DNA of 64,000 nucleotides from Bacteroidia bacterium (GCA_036386835.1 DASVUX010000003.1:8552-72551); one strand, 5' to 3'; shown: positions 37,566-47,481, counted from the first letter of the stretch. Translations and numbers: made by a program. Notes: generated by a model from the letters alone, not told the origin.

Positions 37566-39254
37566 ATGAAAAAACATTTACTATTTTTCCTGCTCATCCT
37601 GCTCAACCTGCATCCTGTTAAGTCCCAGGATAAAAACAATGTCCCTGGCGAATTACTGGTGATGCTTAATCCTGCAGCAAGTCCTTATAAGATGCAGTCG
37701 GATCTCTCCGTTTTAAAGGATAAAAATACGCGTCTGAACATTACACGCACGCTGTCTGCAAGCATGCACATCTACTTGATGACATTTGACCACCTCAGCA
37801 TTCACGAAGATCTGATGCTGAATGCCGTGAGAAGCTATCCCGGTGTTCAGATCGCACAGTTCAATCATTATGTGAATGAACGGAATACCGTTCCAAACGA
37901 TCCGCAATTCGGTGTAATGTGGGGTATGGAGAACACAGGTACCAATGGTGGTGCCGGAGCTGTAGCTGATGCAGATATTGATGCGACAACTGCATGGGAT
38001 GTAACCACGGGAGGCCTGACCTCTGCGGGTGATACAATAGTGGTTGCCGTGATTGACGGAGGTTTTTCCTTAACCCATCCCGATCTTATTGATAATTACT
38101 GGAGAAATTATGACGAGATCCCGGACAACGGGGTTGATGATGATCTCAATGGCTATATTGATGATTTTAACGGATGGCATTCTTCCTCCAACAGCGATAA
38201 TTTTCCCTCACAAAGCCATGGTACCCATGTGGCCGGGACCATTGGTGCCAAAGGGAATAATGGCATCGGGGTTACAGGCGTGAACTGGAATGTAAAAATA
38301 ATGCCGATCAGCTACGGATCAGGCTCAGGGTCGTTTGAGTCGAACGTAGTGGAAGCTTACGCTTTTGCGAGAGACCAGCGCAGGGAATATGATCTCAGCA
38401 ATGGAACCAAAGGTGCTTTTGTAGTAGCTACCAACTCTTCTTTCGGGGTGGACCTAGCTTCACCTTCTTCTTATCCTTTATGGTGCGCCATGTATGATTC
38501 CCTTGGTGTGCTTGGGATTCTCAGCGCAGGCGCCACTGCAAATGCCAACTATGATGTGGATGCACAGGGTGATATCCCCACTGCATGTCCAAGCGATTGG
38601 CTTATCACTGTAACTAACTTAAAAAGCAATGATACAAAAGCAAATGCAGGTTTCGGAGCTTCGATGATCGACCTGGGCGCACCGGGAACCAATATTACAT
38701 CCACCTATTACAGTACGAGCAGCGGGTCAAACAATTATAATTCCAGTTCAGGAACATCGATGGCAACCCCGCATGTTGCCGGTACAATCGGATTACTCTT
38801 CTCTGTGCCCTGCCCTCATTTCATCCTGAATTACAAAGCGGATCCGGCAGGCATGGCTTTGATCATAAAAGATTCAATCCTGGGTTCCACCGACCCGGTA
38901 GCAGCGCTTGATGGAATAACCCTTACAGGCGGACGCCTTAACCTCAACAAGGCAGTTAAATCTATTCAGAATTATTGTGCCGCAACATCTGTGTCTGAAA
39001 TCAGCCACAATTCAAATCAATCAGGAATCTCCAGGGTGTATCCCAATCCCGCTGATCAAAGTGTGTTTGTCGAGCTAAATGCTGATCAGAACAGCAACTT
39101 AATCATCACAAATGTTTTGGGACAGGAAATCAAAAAAATTGAAGTAAAGGCTGCGGATAAAATGATTATTAATATCAGCGAACTTGAAAAAGGTGTTTAC
39201 TTGTTCAGTCTTGAAAATAGCCCTGGGCGCGCTGTTAAATTAATTGTTCACTAG
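37566..39254 (+). CDS. S8 family subtilisin-like serine peptidase with T9SS C-terminal sorting domain
   Basis: D (VAVIDGG), H (HGTHVAGTIGA), S (GTSMATPHVAGTIGLL). Signal peptide. C-terminal RVYPNPADQSVFVELN...GVYLFSLE CTD. Confidence 0.85.
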   Translation: MKKHLLFFLLILLNLHPVKSQDKNNVPGELLVMLNPAASPYKMQSDLSVLKDKNTRLNITRTLSASMHIYLMTFDHLSIHEDLMLNAVRSYPGVQIAQFNHYVNERNTVPNDPQFGVMWGMENTGTNGGAGAVADADIDATTAWDVTTGGLTSAGDTIVVAVIDGGFSLTHPDLIDNYWRNYDEIPDNGVDDDLNGYIDDFNGWHSSSNSDNFPSQSHGTHVAGTIGAKGNNGIGVTGVNWNVKIMPISYGSGSGSFESNVVEAYAFARDQRREYDLSNGTKGAFVVATNSSFGVDLASPSSYPLWCAMYDSLGVLGILSAGATANANYDVDAQGDIPTACPSDWLITVTNLKSNDTKANAGFGASMIDLGAPGTNITSTYYSTSSGSNNYNSSSGTSMATPHVAGTIGLLFSVPCPHFILNYKADPAGMALIIKDSILGSTDPVAALDGITLTGGRLNLNKAVKSIQNYCAATSVSEISHNSNQSGISRVYPNPADQSVFVELNADQNSNLIITNVLGQEIKKIEVKAADKMIINISELEKGVYLFSLENSPGRAVKLIVH

Positions 39255-39269
39255 TTCCAATTTGAGAGA

Positions 39270-39312
39270 AAAAAAACGCCTTACTCATCCGGAGTAAGGC
39301 GTTTTCGTTTTT
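39270..39312. terminator. Bidirectional rho-independent terminator
   Basis: A-run, cgccttactc-atccg-gagtaaggcg hairpin, T-run. Lies between convergent genes. Confidence 0.6.
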
Positions 39313-39324
39313 CCCAGTTAAAAA

Positions 39325-39837
39325 TTACATCGGCATGCTGCTTACTGCCTGCAAGTTAAGAACTGCATCTCTCTCATTGTTCTGGTGACCTGCATACACT
39401 GCTTTTGCACTGTAGTCAGAAATTGTCCAGTGTGAGTTAAGTCGCACAAACGGCTTAAATCCAAAGCTCATCACCAGTCTTTTACGGCCGTCAACAGTAA
39501 TTGTATTCCATTTACCGGTAACACTTCTTTTGCTGCCGCGCGCAATCACCACATCATTTGGTGTGAATTCGAAAACATAATCTCTGAACATATCAGTGTT
39601 ATTTGTTTTCATCGCTACTTCTCCATCCTCAAAATTTGAGATCACCCATTTTGAGTTACAAAGTGTACGTTCAAAATTGTTCTGGTCAGGCGCATTTTTA
39701 CGCTCGGCCGGTTGAGCTGTTTCCGCCTGGTCTGCGATGTTGATCGGACGCGGGCGGATATCTTGTTTTTCACATGCGGCAAAAATAGTTGCCATACTTA
39801 ATACTGCAATTGCTAAGTGTTTTGAGTTCGTTTTCAT
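39325..39837 (-). CDS. Small secreted lipoprotein, paralog 1 of a tandem family of three
   Basis: Lipobox SMATIFAAC. About 40% identity to the two upstream paralogs. Start at internal ATG (MKTNSKHLAI). Confidence 0.55.
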   Translation of the reverse strand: MKTNSKHLAIAVLSMATIFAACEKQDIRPRPINIADQAETAQPAERKNAPDQNNFERTLCNSKWVISNFEDGEVAMKTNNTDMFRDYVFEFTPNDVVIARGSKRSVTGKWNTITVDGRKRLVMSFGFKPFVRLNSHWTISDYSAKAVYAGHQNNERDAVLNLQAVSSMPM

Positions 39838-39873
39838 TTGGTTCTCCTTTCTAATTAAATTAATATCTTGAAT

Positions 39874-39881
39874 CAAAATTA
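39874..39881 (-). promoter_or_regulatory. Bacteroidota sigma-A -7 element TAATTTTG for lipoprotein paralog 1
   Basis: Minus strand reads TAATTTTGattcaagatattaatttaattagaaaggagaaccaaATG. Same block repeated upstream of paralog 3. Confidence 0.4.
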
Positions 39882-39983
39882 CATCGGCAAATGGCCTTTA
39901 TTGTGCTAAAATCGATAAGCATACTTTTCTTGTCGCTAATATATGATTAGAAAAAGCCAGCATAATTTTTGGGAAATTAAGCG

Positions 39984-40025
39984 CAAAAAAAACGCTTATG
40001 CATAGGCATAAGCGTTTTTATAAAT
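39984..40025. terminator. Bidirectional terminator (perfect palindrome)
   Basis: aaaaaaaa-cgcttatgc-atag-gcataagcg-ttttta. Confidence 0.55.
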
Positions 40026-40036
40026 CATAATATATA

Positions 40037-40516
40037 TTACTTGTTTTTCACTTCGAACATAAGGCTACCGGTCATCCCATCGCTTGCGTTCTTATCTTCC
40101 AGAATTTTTACTGACGGTGAATGTCTTACAACTGTCCATGAATTATTTAGTTCATTGAAAGGAACAACATCACCAAAACTTAAACGTAGTTCATTACGTT
40201 CCCCTCTGTACCATTTACCGTTTACACGTTTCGTACCATTGGTTGCATAAAGCATTCCGCCATTTTCAAAAACAAATGTCCATCCGGTAAACTTACCTGC
40301 CTTGTTTTCGGTGTCTTTTACTCCACCTGTCTTTTGCGAATAAAGTGAGCTGATGACCCAGTTTGCAGGTTTGGTTTCCTTGTCATCATCAAGGTTATGC
40401 GGTGTAGCCACAGCGGTTGATTCCTGCATAGGTCTTATTTTCTCTTTTGTACAGCTCATAAAAGCTGTTGCCAGTGTAATCAAAACTATACTTAGTTTTT
40501 TTGCGTTCGTTTCCAT
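40037..40516 (-). CDS. Small secreted lipoprotein, paralog 2
   Basis: METNAKKLSIVLITLATAFMSC lipoprotein signal. Homologous to the flanking paralogs (NGKWY..R..LRLSFG...PFNELN.SWTV motif). The display shows a 9-nt block near 40521, so coordinates may be off by 1. Confidence 0.5.
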   Translation of the reverse strand: METNAKKLSIVLITLATAFMSCTKEKIRPMQESTAVATPHNLDDDKETKPANWVISSLYSQKTGGVKDTENKAGKFTGWTFVFENGGMLYATNGTKRVNGKWYRGERNELRLSFGDVVPFNELNNSWTVVRHSPSVKILEDKNASDGMTGSLMFEVKNK

Positions 40517-40541
40517 TTTTCTATTTTTTAAAATTAATATC

Positions 40542-41018
40542 TTATTTAATTCTTTCGAAGATGAGTGAACCTTTTCTTCCATCGTCACCTAAATCATCTT
40601 CCAATACTTTATAGTCATCCGTTTGTTTTACAATCAGCCATGTTTCATTCAATTCCATGAATGGTTCCTGTCCACCGAAGTCAATGAACATACGGCCGGT
40701 CCCATCACTGTATTTGGAAGACCATCTTCCCTTAACTTTTCCTGATTTACCGCTCGCGATCACAGTTCCATCTGCATGAAATGCAAAAGCCCAATCCCTG
40801 AATTTTTCAGTTTCATCACTTTCCATTTCTCCAGTTACATATAGCTTGGTTACTTTCCATGTGCTGGTTTCCTGCGGAGGGTTTACTTTTGAGAGGGAGG
40901 TTTGAGTAGGTTTTGGCCTTGGCCCATTCATCGGGTTAAGGTCTTCTTTTTTACAGCTTGTTACAAAGCCGGCAACAGCCAGCATAAAGATTGCTAAAGT
41001 TTTTGCGTTCGTTTTCAT
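40542..41018 (-). CDS. Small secreted lipoprotein, paralog 3
   Basis: MKTNAKTLAIFMLAVAGFVTSC lipoprotein signal. Same 5' leader peptide and upstream DNA as paralog 1. Confidence 0.55.
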   Translation of the reverse strand: MKTNAKTLAIFMLAVAGFVTSCKKEDLNPMNGPRPKPTQTSLSKVNPPQETSTWKVTKLYVTGEMESDETEKFRDWAFAFHADGTVIASGKSGKVKGRWSSKYSDGTGRMFIDFGGQEPFMELNETWLIVKQTDDYKVLEDDLGDDGRKGSLIFERIK

Positions 41019-41054
41019 TTGGTTCTCCTTTCTAATTAAATTAATATCTTGAAT

Positions 41055-41062
41055 CAAAATTA
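41055..41062 (-). promoter_or_regulatory. TAATTTTG -7 element for lipoprotein paralog 3
   Basis: Identical ~45-bp block to that upstream of paralog 1 (ttggttctcctttctaattaaattaatatcttgaatcaaaatta). Confidence 0.4.
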
Positions 41063-41149
41063 GGTCAGGAAAAAGGCTTCAGGGGCGGATATTCGGCAGG
41101 AAGTTTTTTTTGTTGTTTATATGGCGAAAATTATAGTTTAAACAATACA

Positions 41150-41190
41150 ATAAAAAAAAGCCCCGCGTTTGCGGGGCTTTTTTTTATATA
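41150..41190. terminator. Bidirectional rho-independent terminator downstream of hppA
   Basis: aaaaaaaa-gccccgc-gttt-gcggggc-ttttttttt. Confidence 0.65.
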
Positions 41191-41200
41191 AAAATTTCTA

Positions 41201-43645
41201 TTAATGCTTTTCTGCACATGCGTCACCACATTTCTTTGCGCATTCTTCCTTTGTAGTGCAACCATGCGTACATCCATCATTGCAGGCTTTGTCACCATGA
41301 TGATCGCATGTTTTCCCTGCTTCACCTTTACAACAATCTTTTCCTTCGCCTTTACCTGCATGTTCAACACACATTGCTTTTTGTTCAGGAGTACATCCAA
41401 CTGAATCACAATAAGCAGCACACTCCTCCTTGGTCATGCTCATGCATTTCTGCATATCACAAGCCGGGTTCATTGCTTTCATTTTACAGCATTCCGATGT
41501 TGCAGCCGGGGCGCAGGCACCATGAGCGCTGTCGCTGTTTACCGCGATGTATGGAGCGATAACCAGGGAAACAATGGACATTAATTTAATAAGGATATTC
41601 ATTGAAGGACCGGAAGTATCTTTAAACGGATCACCTACAGTATCTCCTGTTACGGAAGCTTTGTGCGGCTCTGACTTTTTATAGAACATTTCCCCGTTGA
41701 TCAATACTCCTTTTTCAAAAGATTTTTTTGCGTTGTCCCATGCCCCACCGGCATTCGACTGGAATATACCCATAAGAACACCTGAAACAGTAACACCTGC
41801 TAAAAGGCCTCCGAGAACTTCCGGGCCAAAAATAAAACCAACCAGTACGGGTGTGATAAGAGCAATAGCGCCCGGCATCATCATTTCGCGGATAGATGCT
41901 TTTGTTGATATAGCTACGCATTTTTCATATTCCGGCTTTGCTTTATATTCCATGATCCCCGGAATTTCGCGGAACTGGCGTCTAACTTCCTGCACCATAT
42001 CCATTGCCGCTTTACCTACCGCCTGGATACATAAAGCAGAGAAAATAAAAGGAATCATACCGCCTACAAATAAACCTGCTAAAACCGGGGCCTTGTAAAT
42101 ATCAATAGCATCGATTCCTGCAATACCTACAAATGCCGCGAATAAAGCAAGGGATGTTAAAGCTGCCGAAGCGATGGCAAAACCTTTACCTGTTGCAGCT
42201 GTAGTATTACCAACAGCATCAAGGTTATCTGTACGTTCACGCACTTCAGGGGGAAGCTGGCTCATTTCTGCAATCCCTCCTGCGTTATCAGCAATAGGAC
42301 CGAAAGCATCGATCGCTAACTGCATGGCGGTTGTTGCCATCATACCTGCTGCTGCAATTGCAACACCATAAAGGCCTGCAAAATAATAAGATGCCATGAT
42401 CCCGGCAGCAAGCGTAAGAATTGGAATAACAGTGGATTTCATACCTACTGACAAACCGCCAATAATGTTTGTGGCGTGACCGGTTGAAGACTGCTGAATG
42501 ATAGACAGAACAGGAGCTTTCCCCATTGCGGTATAATATTCGGTAACGATACTCATGATCGCCCCTACCACTGTTCCCACAACAATAGCAAGAAACACAT
42601 TCAATCTTGAGAACTCATATCCGCGAAGGCTTAATGTTTCCGGAAGCATCCACATTACAATAAAGTAAGAAGCTGCAACAGTAAGAAGCATCGAAGCCCA
42701 GTTACCCATGTTAAGGGCGTTCTGAACATTTGATTTTTCGTCTTTAATAGTAACGAACCAGGTACCTACAATTGAAAATACGATACCTAAACCGCAGATT
42801 ACCATTGGTAATAATATCGGGGACATTCCGCCAAAATTATCAAGCACAACGATCTCTTGTCCTAATACCATCGTAGCAAGGATTGTTGCAACATATGAAC
42901 CGAAAAGATCGGCTCCCATACCTGCAACGTCACCTACGTTATCTCCCACGTTGTCTGCAATAGTAGCAGGATTACGGACATCATCTTCCGGGATACCTGC
43001 CTCTACCTTACCTACAAGATCGGCCCCTACGTCAGCAGCCTTTGTATAGATACCGCCACCAACACGGGCAAATAAAGCGATTGACTCCGCGCCCAATGAA
43101 AAGCCGGTTAATACTTCAATTGAAGTTTTTACCGTATCCGGACCAAGGTCGCTGAATATATTTAAAAAAATAATGAACAGACCGCCTAAACCAAGTACTG
43201 CAAGACCTGCAACTCCAAGCCCCATCACGGTTCCACCGGTAAATGATACTTTTAAAGCTTTTGCAAGGCTTGTACGGGCTGCCTGGGTGGTACGCACATT
43301 TGCTTTGGTTGCAACTTTCATCCCGATATATCCCGCAGTAGCGGAAAATACTGCTCCTATTATAAAAGAAATAGAGATAATCCAGCTGGAGTGGATCGGT
43401 TTCCCGTTCACTTCATGGATTGTTCCCGAATACGCCAATAAAATAGCAGCGAAAAGAACAAAAATGCTCAGAACCTTCCATTCTGCTTTCAAAAAAGCCA
43501 TTGCACCATCAGCAATGTAACCTGCAAGTTCCTGCATGTTCTTATCGCCTGCATCCTGCTTGCTAACCCAAGCGCTCTTAATTGCCATTACCAGCAATCC
43601 CAGGACCCCTAAAGCGGGCACCAAATAAATCACGTATTCGTTCAT
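41201..43645 (-). CDS. hppA: Membrane-bound proton-translocating pyrophosphatase (H+-PPase) with a ~109-aa cysteine-rich C-terminal extension
   Basis: Residues 1-705 are a canonical H+-PPase ([27 protein letters not shown], 15-16 TM). The ORF continues in frame through [32 protein letters not shown]...[27 protein letters not shown] (about 18 Cys, 5 His). Confidence 0.85.
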   Translation of the reverse strand: MNEYVIYLVPALGVLGLLVMAIKSAWVSKQDAGDKNMQELAGYIADGAMAFLKAEWKVLSIFVLFAAILLAYSGTIHEVNGKPIHSSWIISISFIIGAVFSATAGYIGMKVATKANVRTTQAARTSLAKALKVSFTGGTVMGLGVAGLAVLGLGGLFIIFLNIFSDLGPDTVKTSIEVLTGFSLGAESIALFARVGGGIYTKAADVGADLVGKVEAGIPEDDVRNPATIADNVGDNVGDVAGMGADLFGSYVATILATMVLGQEIVVLDNFGGMSPILLPMVICGLGIVFSIVGTWFVTIKDEKSNVQNALNMGNWASMLLTVAASYFIVMWMLPETLSLRGYEFSRLNVFLAIVVGTVVGAIMSIVTEYYTAMGKAPVLSIIQQSSTGHATNIIGGLSVGMKSTVIPILTLAAGIMASYYFAGLYGVAIAAAGMMATTAMQLAIDAFGPIADNAGGIAEMSQLPPEVRERTDNLDAVGNTTAATGKGFAIASAALTSLALFAAFVGIAGIDAIDIYKAPVLAGLFVGGMIPFIFSALCIQAVGKAAMDMVQEVRRQFREIPGIMEYKAKPEYEKCVAISTKASIREMMMPGAIALITPVLVGFIFGPEVLGGLLAGVTVSGVLMGIFQSNAGGAWDNAKKSFEKGVLINGEMFYKKSEPHKASVTGDTVGDPFKDTSGPSMNILIKLMSIVSLVIAPYIAVNSDSAHGACAPAATSECCKMKAMNPACDMQKCMSMTKEECAAYCDSVGCTPEQKAMCVEHAGKGEGKDCCKGEAGKTCDHHGDKACNDGCTHGCTTKEECAKKCGDACAEKH

Positions 43646-43710
43646 AGTCTCTTAATAATTTGTTGTTTGTTTATTTATCCCCTTACTGAAATATTCCATT
43701 AAAAGGGCTG

Positions 43711-43718
43711 CAAACTTA
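43711..43718 (-). promoter_or_regulatory. Candidate -7 element TAAGTTTG for hppA
   Basis: Minus strand has TTG(20 nt)TAAGTTTG about 65 nt upstream of the ATG. Confidence 0.3.
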
Positions 43719-43804
43719 GGCAATTTTATCTTAAATATCAAAATTTAACATAGAACTGATTATCAATAATTTAGATCAGATTGTTTTATTAAAACAGGGT
43801 GGTT

Positions 43805-46105
43805 TTATTCTAGCGCACGTTTGTTAAAGAGGATGTATCCAAAGTGGAACAGGACAGAAAACGGTTCCTTCAGCTGGTCATAATAATTCACGCTTAAACA
43901 CATTGGCCCCACCGGTGTATGCCATACCACAGCTGCCGTACTGATATAATGCTGCAGGGCAAAAGGTTGTCCATAATCTACTTTCAGATCGGGGCGCTTT
44001 AAAAGCACCTGGTAAGGCTGGTAAAGATATCCTTCGAGCCGTAGCTCAATATTTTTCCTGAAATTAACTACGAATTTCAAACCTCCTGCCAGGTATTTAT
44101 GGGTCCTGTAGTTCTCCTGGAAAATAGTTTTGCTGTCAGGTGTCGGTTGAAAGGCAGGAGCGGTAAGCATACTGGAAGTGTAATTATTAAAAAGTGTCTG
44201 CGTGGAATAGACACCTTCACCAAATATCCCGATCTTTAGGGTCCCGCGCCTGTTAAAATATCTTTCACCAGTCATTTTCAATGTAACCCATTCATGGTTA
44301 TTGTGATAGCTTGTAAGCGTATCGAGAACGGTAGTTGAGCCCGGCTTATTCACCTCAAGTCCATTCACATACCTTAATTTTATATTGATGAACTCACCTT
44401 TATTTGCATATTGCTTCCTGTTGAGTGAATTTATTTCATAATAAGCGTGTCCGCCCCCAAAGCTGAATGTAGTCCTGTCTGCCGTATCCTGCTGGGAAAA
44501 ATTGCTGGTCTGGTAATAATTGTCGGTAATCTCAGCCAGCATGGCACCAGTAACCACTCGGCCTTTCTTTCCCGTAGGAAAACCTGTGTTCACTTCACCA
44601 TAAACCTCCCGCTGTATAAGATAAGCAGGCTTAATATCCTCCCGGAATGCGTTGCTGCTTTTGTAATAATCGAATTTATTCCAGACGAAATTCGGTTCCA
44701 CATATAAAGGTGTGTGGAAAGGAAAATCCAGCCTGGTCTTTAATTGGATCGAACTGTAAAGTTTCCCGAAGTAAGCATTTGCCATAAGGCCGGCTGCAAA
44801 CCTTCCGAGGTAATTATATTGAACCGCAAGAAACCCCTCGCTGATTGGTTTATTGGAAAAATTACCCCCGAAATTGGTGACGATATTCCTTTCCTTTTTG
44901 ATTCTTAAATAGAGATCATAAAAGCCTGTTTTGGGATTATACCGCGCCTTTGGATAAATGCTTTTTATCCTGTTGTCGGAAGCAAGGCGGAAATAACCTT
45001 CCTTGATATCCTCCAGGCTGACAAGCTTATTTTTATGACGCAGGATCTTTTGGGCGTATTCCGACTGCTTCTTGTTCAGCCCTTCGATATAGATCTGGTC
45101 GAACACGATCTTAGGCTGCTTTTCCCTGAACTTGATCCTTCTTGCGGCAATTTCGATGGGCTCAACCCTTCTTTCCACATAAAGCTTAATAAGGTCGATC
45201 TTCCGGATGGCTGCTGCATAACCGCTGTCGATGATCGGCTCCACATCATTAAAATTAAAAAGCCCGACATTCGTTATAGGTTCAATTATAACTCCTGCCT
45301 GGCACTGGATCGTATAATCAGACTTGCTTTGCAGCATGCTCTTTAACTGTGAAAAAATATCATCCTCACTTGGTGGGGGATTGTTCCCGGTTACATTGCT
45401 GCCGATGATTACATCCGGGTAAAATTCATCATACATTATATTGGAAGGAAAGTTATTATAAAGCCCTCCGTCATACAGCAGCTTGCCGTTTACCATAATC
45501 GGCTTGATATAAAAGGGATATGACATGGAGGCGCGAACCGCTTCGGCAAGATCACCTGTTCCAAAGACAACTGATTTTTTTAATTCAATGTCAGAAGCCA
45601 CGCAGCGAAAGGGAATAAAGAGGCTGTCGAAATTATAGTTAGCTGCTGCTGCTGCACCGCCTGCAAGCTCCATGGTCCCGAAATCCATCGCAATAGGCGA
45701 AATTAAATTCGTAGGGAGGAGTGAGGTCAAGCTGGAGTCGGAAAGCTTAAAAGTGATCCATGAGGCGTTATTATCATCACGCTTGAAGTAATATGCAAAT
45801 TTCTGATCAATGACCCCTTCCGACCAGTTCCTGAATTGCTCGCTTTTCACCATTCGCTCAATATCATCGGCTGAATAACCCATGGCATATAAAGCGCCTA
45901 TCAGCGCTCCCATTGAAGTGCCCGTAATATAGTCGATCGGGATCCTGTTCTCCTCCAATGCCTTTAACACCCCGATATGGGCTACCCCGCTGGCTGCACC
46001 TCCGCTTAATACCAATCCTACCTTTTGCGATTTCGCAGAGGCTGGAAATAATAAAAGCAGGGCCAAAACCGGGAAGAAAAGAATGGTGTTCCTGAGAAAA
46101 TTCAT
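43805..46105 (-). CDS. Patatin-like phospholipase fused to an Omp85/BamA-type outer-membrane beta-barrel (PlpD-like)
   Basis: Signal peptide. Patatin motifs GLVLSGGAASG and GTSMGAL (GxSxG), catalytic DGG. C-terminal ~350 aa are beta-strand rich and end in an aromatic-rich terminus. Confidence 0.7.
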   Translation of the reverse strand: MNFLRNTILFFPVLALLLLFPASAKSQKVGLVLSGGAASGVAHIGVLKALEENRIPIDYITGTSMGALIGALYAMGYSADDIERMVKSEQFRNWSEGVIDQKFAYYFKRDDNNASWITFKLSDSSLTSLLPTNLISPIAMDFGTMELAGGAAAAANYNFDSLFIPFRCVASDIELKKSVVFGTGDLAEAVRASMSYPFYIKPIMVNGKLLYDGGLYNNFPSNIMYDEFYPDVIIGSNVTGNNPPPSEDDIFSQLKSMLQSKSDYTIQCQAGVIIEPITNVGLFNFNDVEPIIDSGYAAAIRKIDLIKLYVERRVEPIEIAARRIKFREKQPKIVFDQIYIEGLNKKQSEYAQKILRHKNKLVSLEDIKEGYFRLASDNRIKSIYPKARYNPKTGFYDLYLRIKKERNIVTNFGGNFSNKPISEGFLAVQYNYLGRFAAGLMANAYFGKLYSSIQLKTRLDFPFHTPLYVEPNFVWNKFDYYKSSNAFREDIKPAYLIQREVYGEVNTGFPTGKKGRVVTGAMLAEITDNYYQTSNFSQQDTADRTTFSFGGGHAYYEINSLNRKQYANKGEFINIKLRYVNGLEVNKPGSTTVLDTLTSYHNNHEWVTLKMTGERYFNRRGTLKIGIFGEGVYSTQTLFNNYTSSMLTAPAFQPTPDSKTIFQENYRTHKYLAGGLKFVVNFRKNIELRLEGYLYQPYQVLLKRPDLKVDYGQPFALQHYISTAAVVWHTPVGPMCLSVNYYDQLKEPFSVLFHFGYILFNKRALE

Positions 46106-46175
46106 AATGCTGTCTGGCTAAACAAAACTACTAAGAATTAGCCGGGGAAAAAAACTTTAGTAAGAATGGGCTTTT

Positions 46176-47066
46176 TTATAGTCCGGAACGAATCTCTCTT
46201 CGCAACGCGTCCAAATATCCCGGTGTTTTCAGCAGCCTGGATCCATACCAGGAAAAGATCTCACCATCAACCACTTTAATTTTAGCCCCGGGAAGCATTT
46301 CACGGAATTCCCGGATATGTGCTTCTTTAAAAGGATAGGGCTCCGAAGAAAGCAGGACCAGTTCCGGTTTGGCTGCAATGATCTCTTCTGCAGAAACTTC
46401 AGGGTACCTGGAGGTCCGATCGAGAAATACATTCTCAAATCTGCATAATTCCATCATCTCATTGATGAATGTATCGTGGCCTGCTGTCATGTAAGGGTTG
46501 CGCCAGATGAAATAAGCAGTTTTTAAGCGGGGCGCCCGGACTCCGGACTCCGGGGAAGAAGTATTGTGTGTTAACCGGTGGAACCCCGCCTCTATTTCCA
46601 GCTTCAGGTTTGTGGCAGTTCTGTTCTTCCCCAGTAAAGCACCGAGGGCCGCAATCATCCACAATGCATCTTTAAGGGTATAGATATCGCTCATCCAAAC
46701 AGGGAATTCCCGCATTAATTCTTCAATGCCTTCTTTTTCATTCTCTTCTTTATTCCCGATGATGAGATCCGGTTTCAGGGCCCGGATTTTATCAAAGTCG
46801 TATTTCTTCGTCCCTCCAATCCTCGTTTTTGAACGAAACCATTCTTCGGGATGAATGCAGAATTTTGTAATCCCCACCACTTCCTCACGCAAGCCCAGGT
46901 CATATAAGAGCTCAGTTTGAGAAGGCACCAGTGAAATGATCCTTTGAGGTGTTGAAGGAAGTTCTATTCTGCGGTTCAACTGATCGGTAAATACAGCCAT
47001 CATTTTTCTTATTCTCTGCGAAGATACAATTCTGACAGGAACATTTTTTAGTGAATCTACGGGCAT
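46176..47066 (-). CDS. BtuF-like periplasmic ABC substrate-binding protein (helical-backbone metal/cobalamin receptor)
   Basis: RIISLVPSQTELLYDLGL..VVGITKFC and DLIIGNKEENEK motifs of cluster-A/BtuF-type binding proteins. Exact start uncertain. Confidence 0.6.
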   Translation of the reverse strand: MPVDSLKNVPVRIVSSQRIRKMMAVFTDQLNRRIELPSTPQRIISLVPSQTELLYDLGLREEVVGITKFCIHPEEWFRSKTRIGGTKKYDFDKIRALKPDLIIGNKEENEKEGIEELMREFPVWMSDIYTLKDALWMIAALGALLGKNRTATNLKLEIEAGFHRLTHNTSSPESGVRAPRLKTAYFIWRNPYMTAGHDTFINEMMELCRFENVFLDRTSRYPEVSAEEIIAAKPELVLLSSEPYPFKEAHIREFREMLPGAKIKVVDGEIFSWYGSRLLKTPGYLDALRREIRSGL

Positions 47067-47117
47067 AAAATTTTAGCCTCTAAAGAAAAAATACTTACAC
47101 TTTAAAACTTCACAAAA

Positions 47118-47345
47118 ATGGATCAGCTTATTAAAATGGTTACAGAGAAGGCCGGCATCTCGGAAGCACAGGCAAAAACTGCAGTGGAATCAGTAGTATC
47201 ATTCTTAAAAGACAAGATGCCTGCCGGCATCGGTTCCCAGGTGGAAACATTTGTAAAAGGCTCGGGGTCGGGTGGCAGCTCCAACTCACTTGGAAGTGCC
47301 GTGAGCGGGATTGCAGGAAAACTAAAAGGAACAAGCGGATTGTAA
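47118..47345 (+). CDS. Small hypothetical protein (helical N-terminus, Gly/Ser-rich tail)
   Basis: 75-aa ORF with plausible start; no recognised domain. Confidence 0.3.
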   Translation: MDQLIKMVTEKAGISEAQAKTAVESVVSFLKDKMPAGIGSQVETFVKGSGSGGSSNSLGSAVSGIAGKLKGTSGL

Positions 47346-47396
47346 TTGGGTTCCCTAATTAATTCTGATGATTGATCCTATCATGACAGTGCTGAA

Positions 47397-47481
47397 TGTC
47401 ATTTGACCGCAGCGGAGAAACCTTTTATTTATGCCGCAATCAGCGACAAAAAAAGAGCTCTCCGCTGCGGTTGGGATGACA
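47397..47481. repeat. Inverted pair of REP-like elements forming a 13-bp perfect stem; likely bidirectional terminator between convergent genes
   Basis: tgtcatttgaccgcagcggagaaa ... ctctccgctgcggttgggatgaca. Stem accgcagcggaga / tctccgctgcggt. Same family as 2367-2392 and the 17.8-kb array. Confidence 0.5.
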
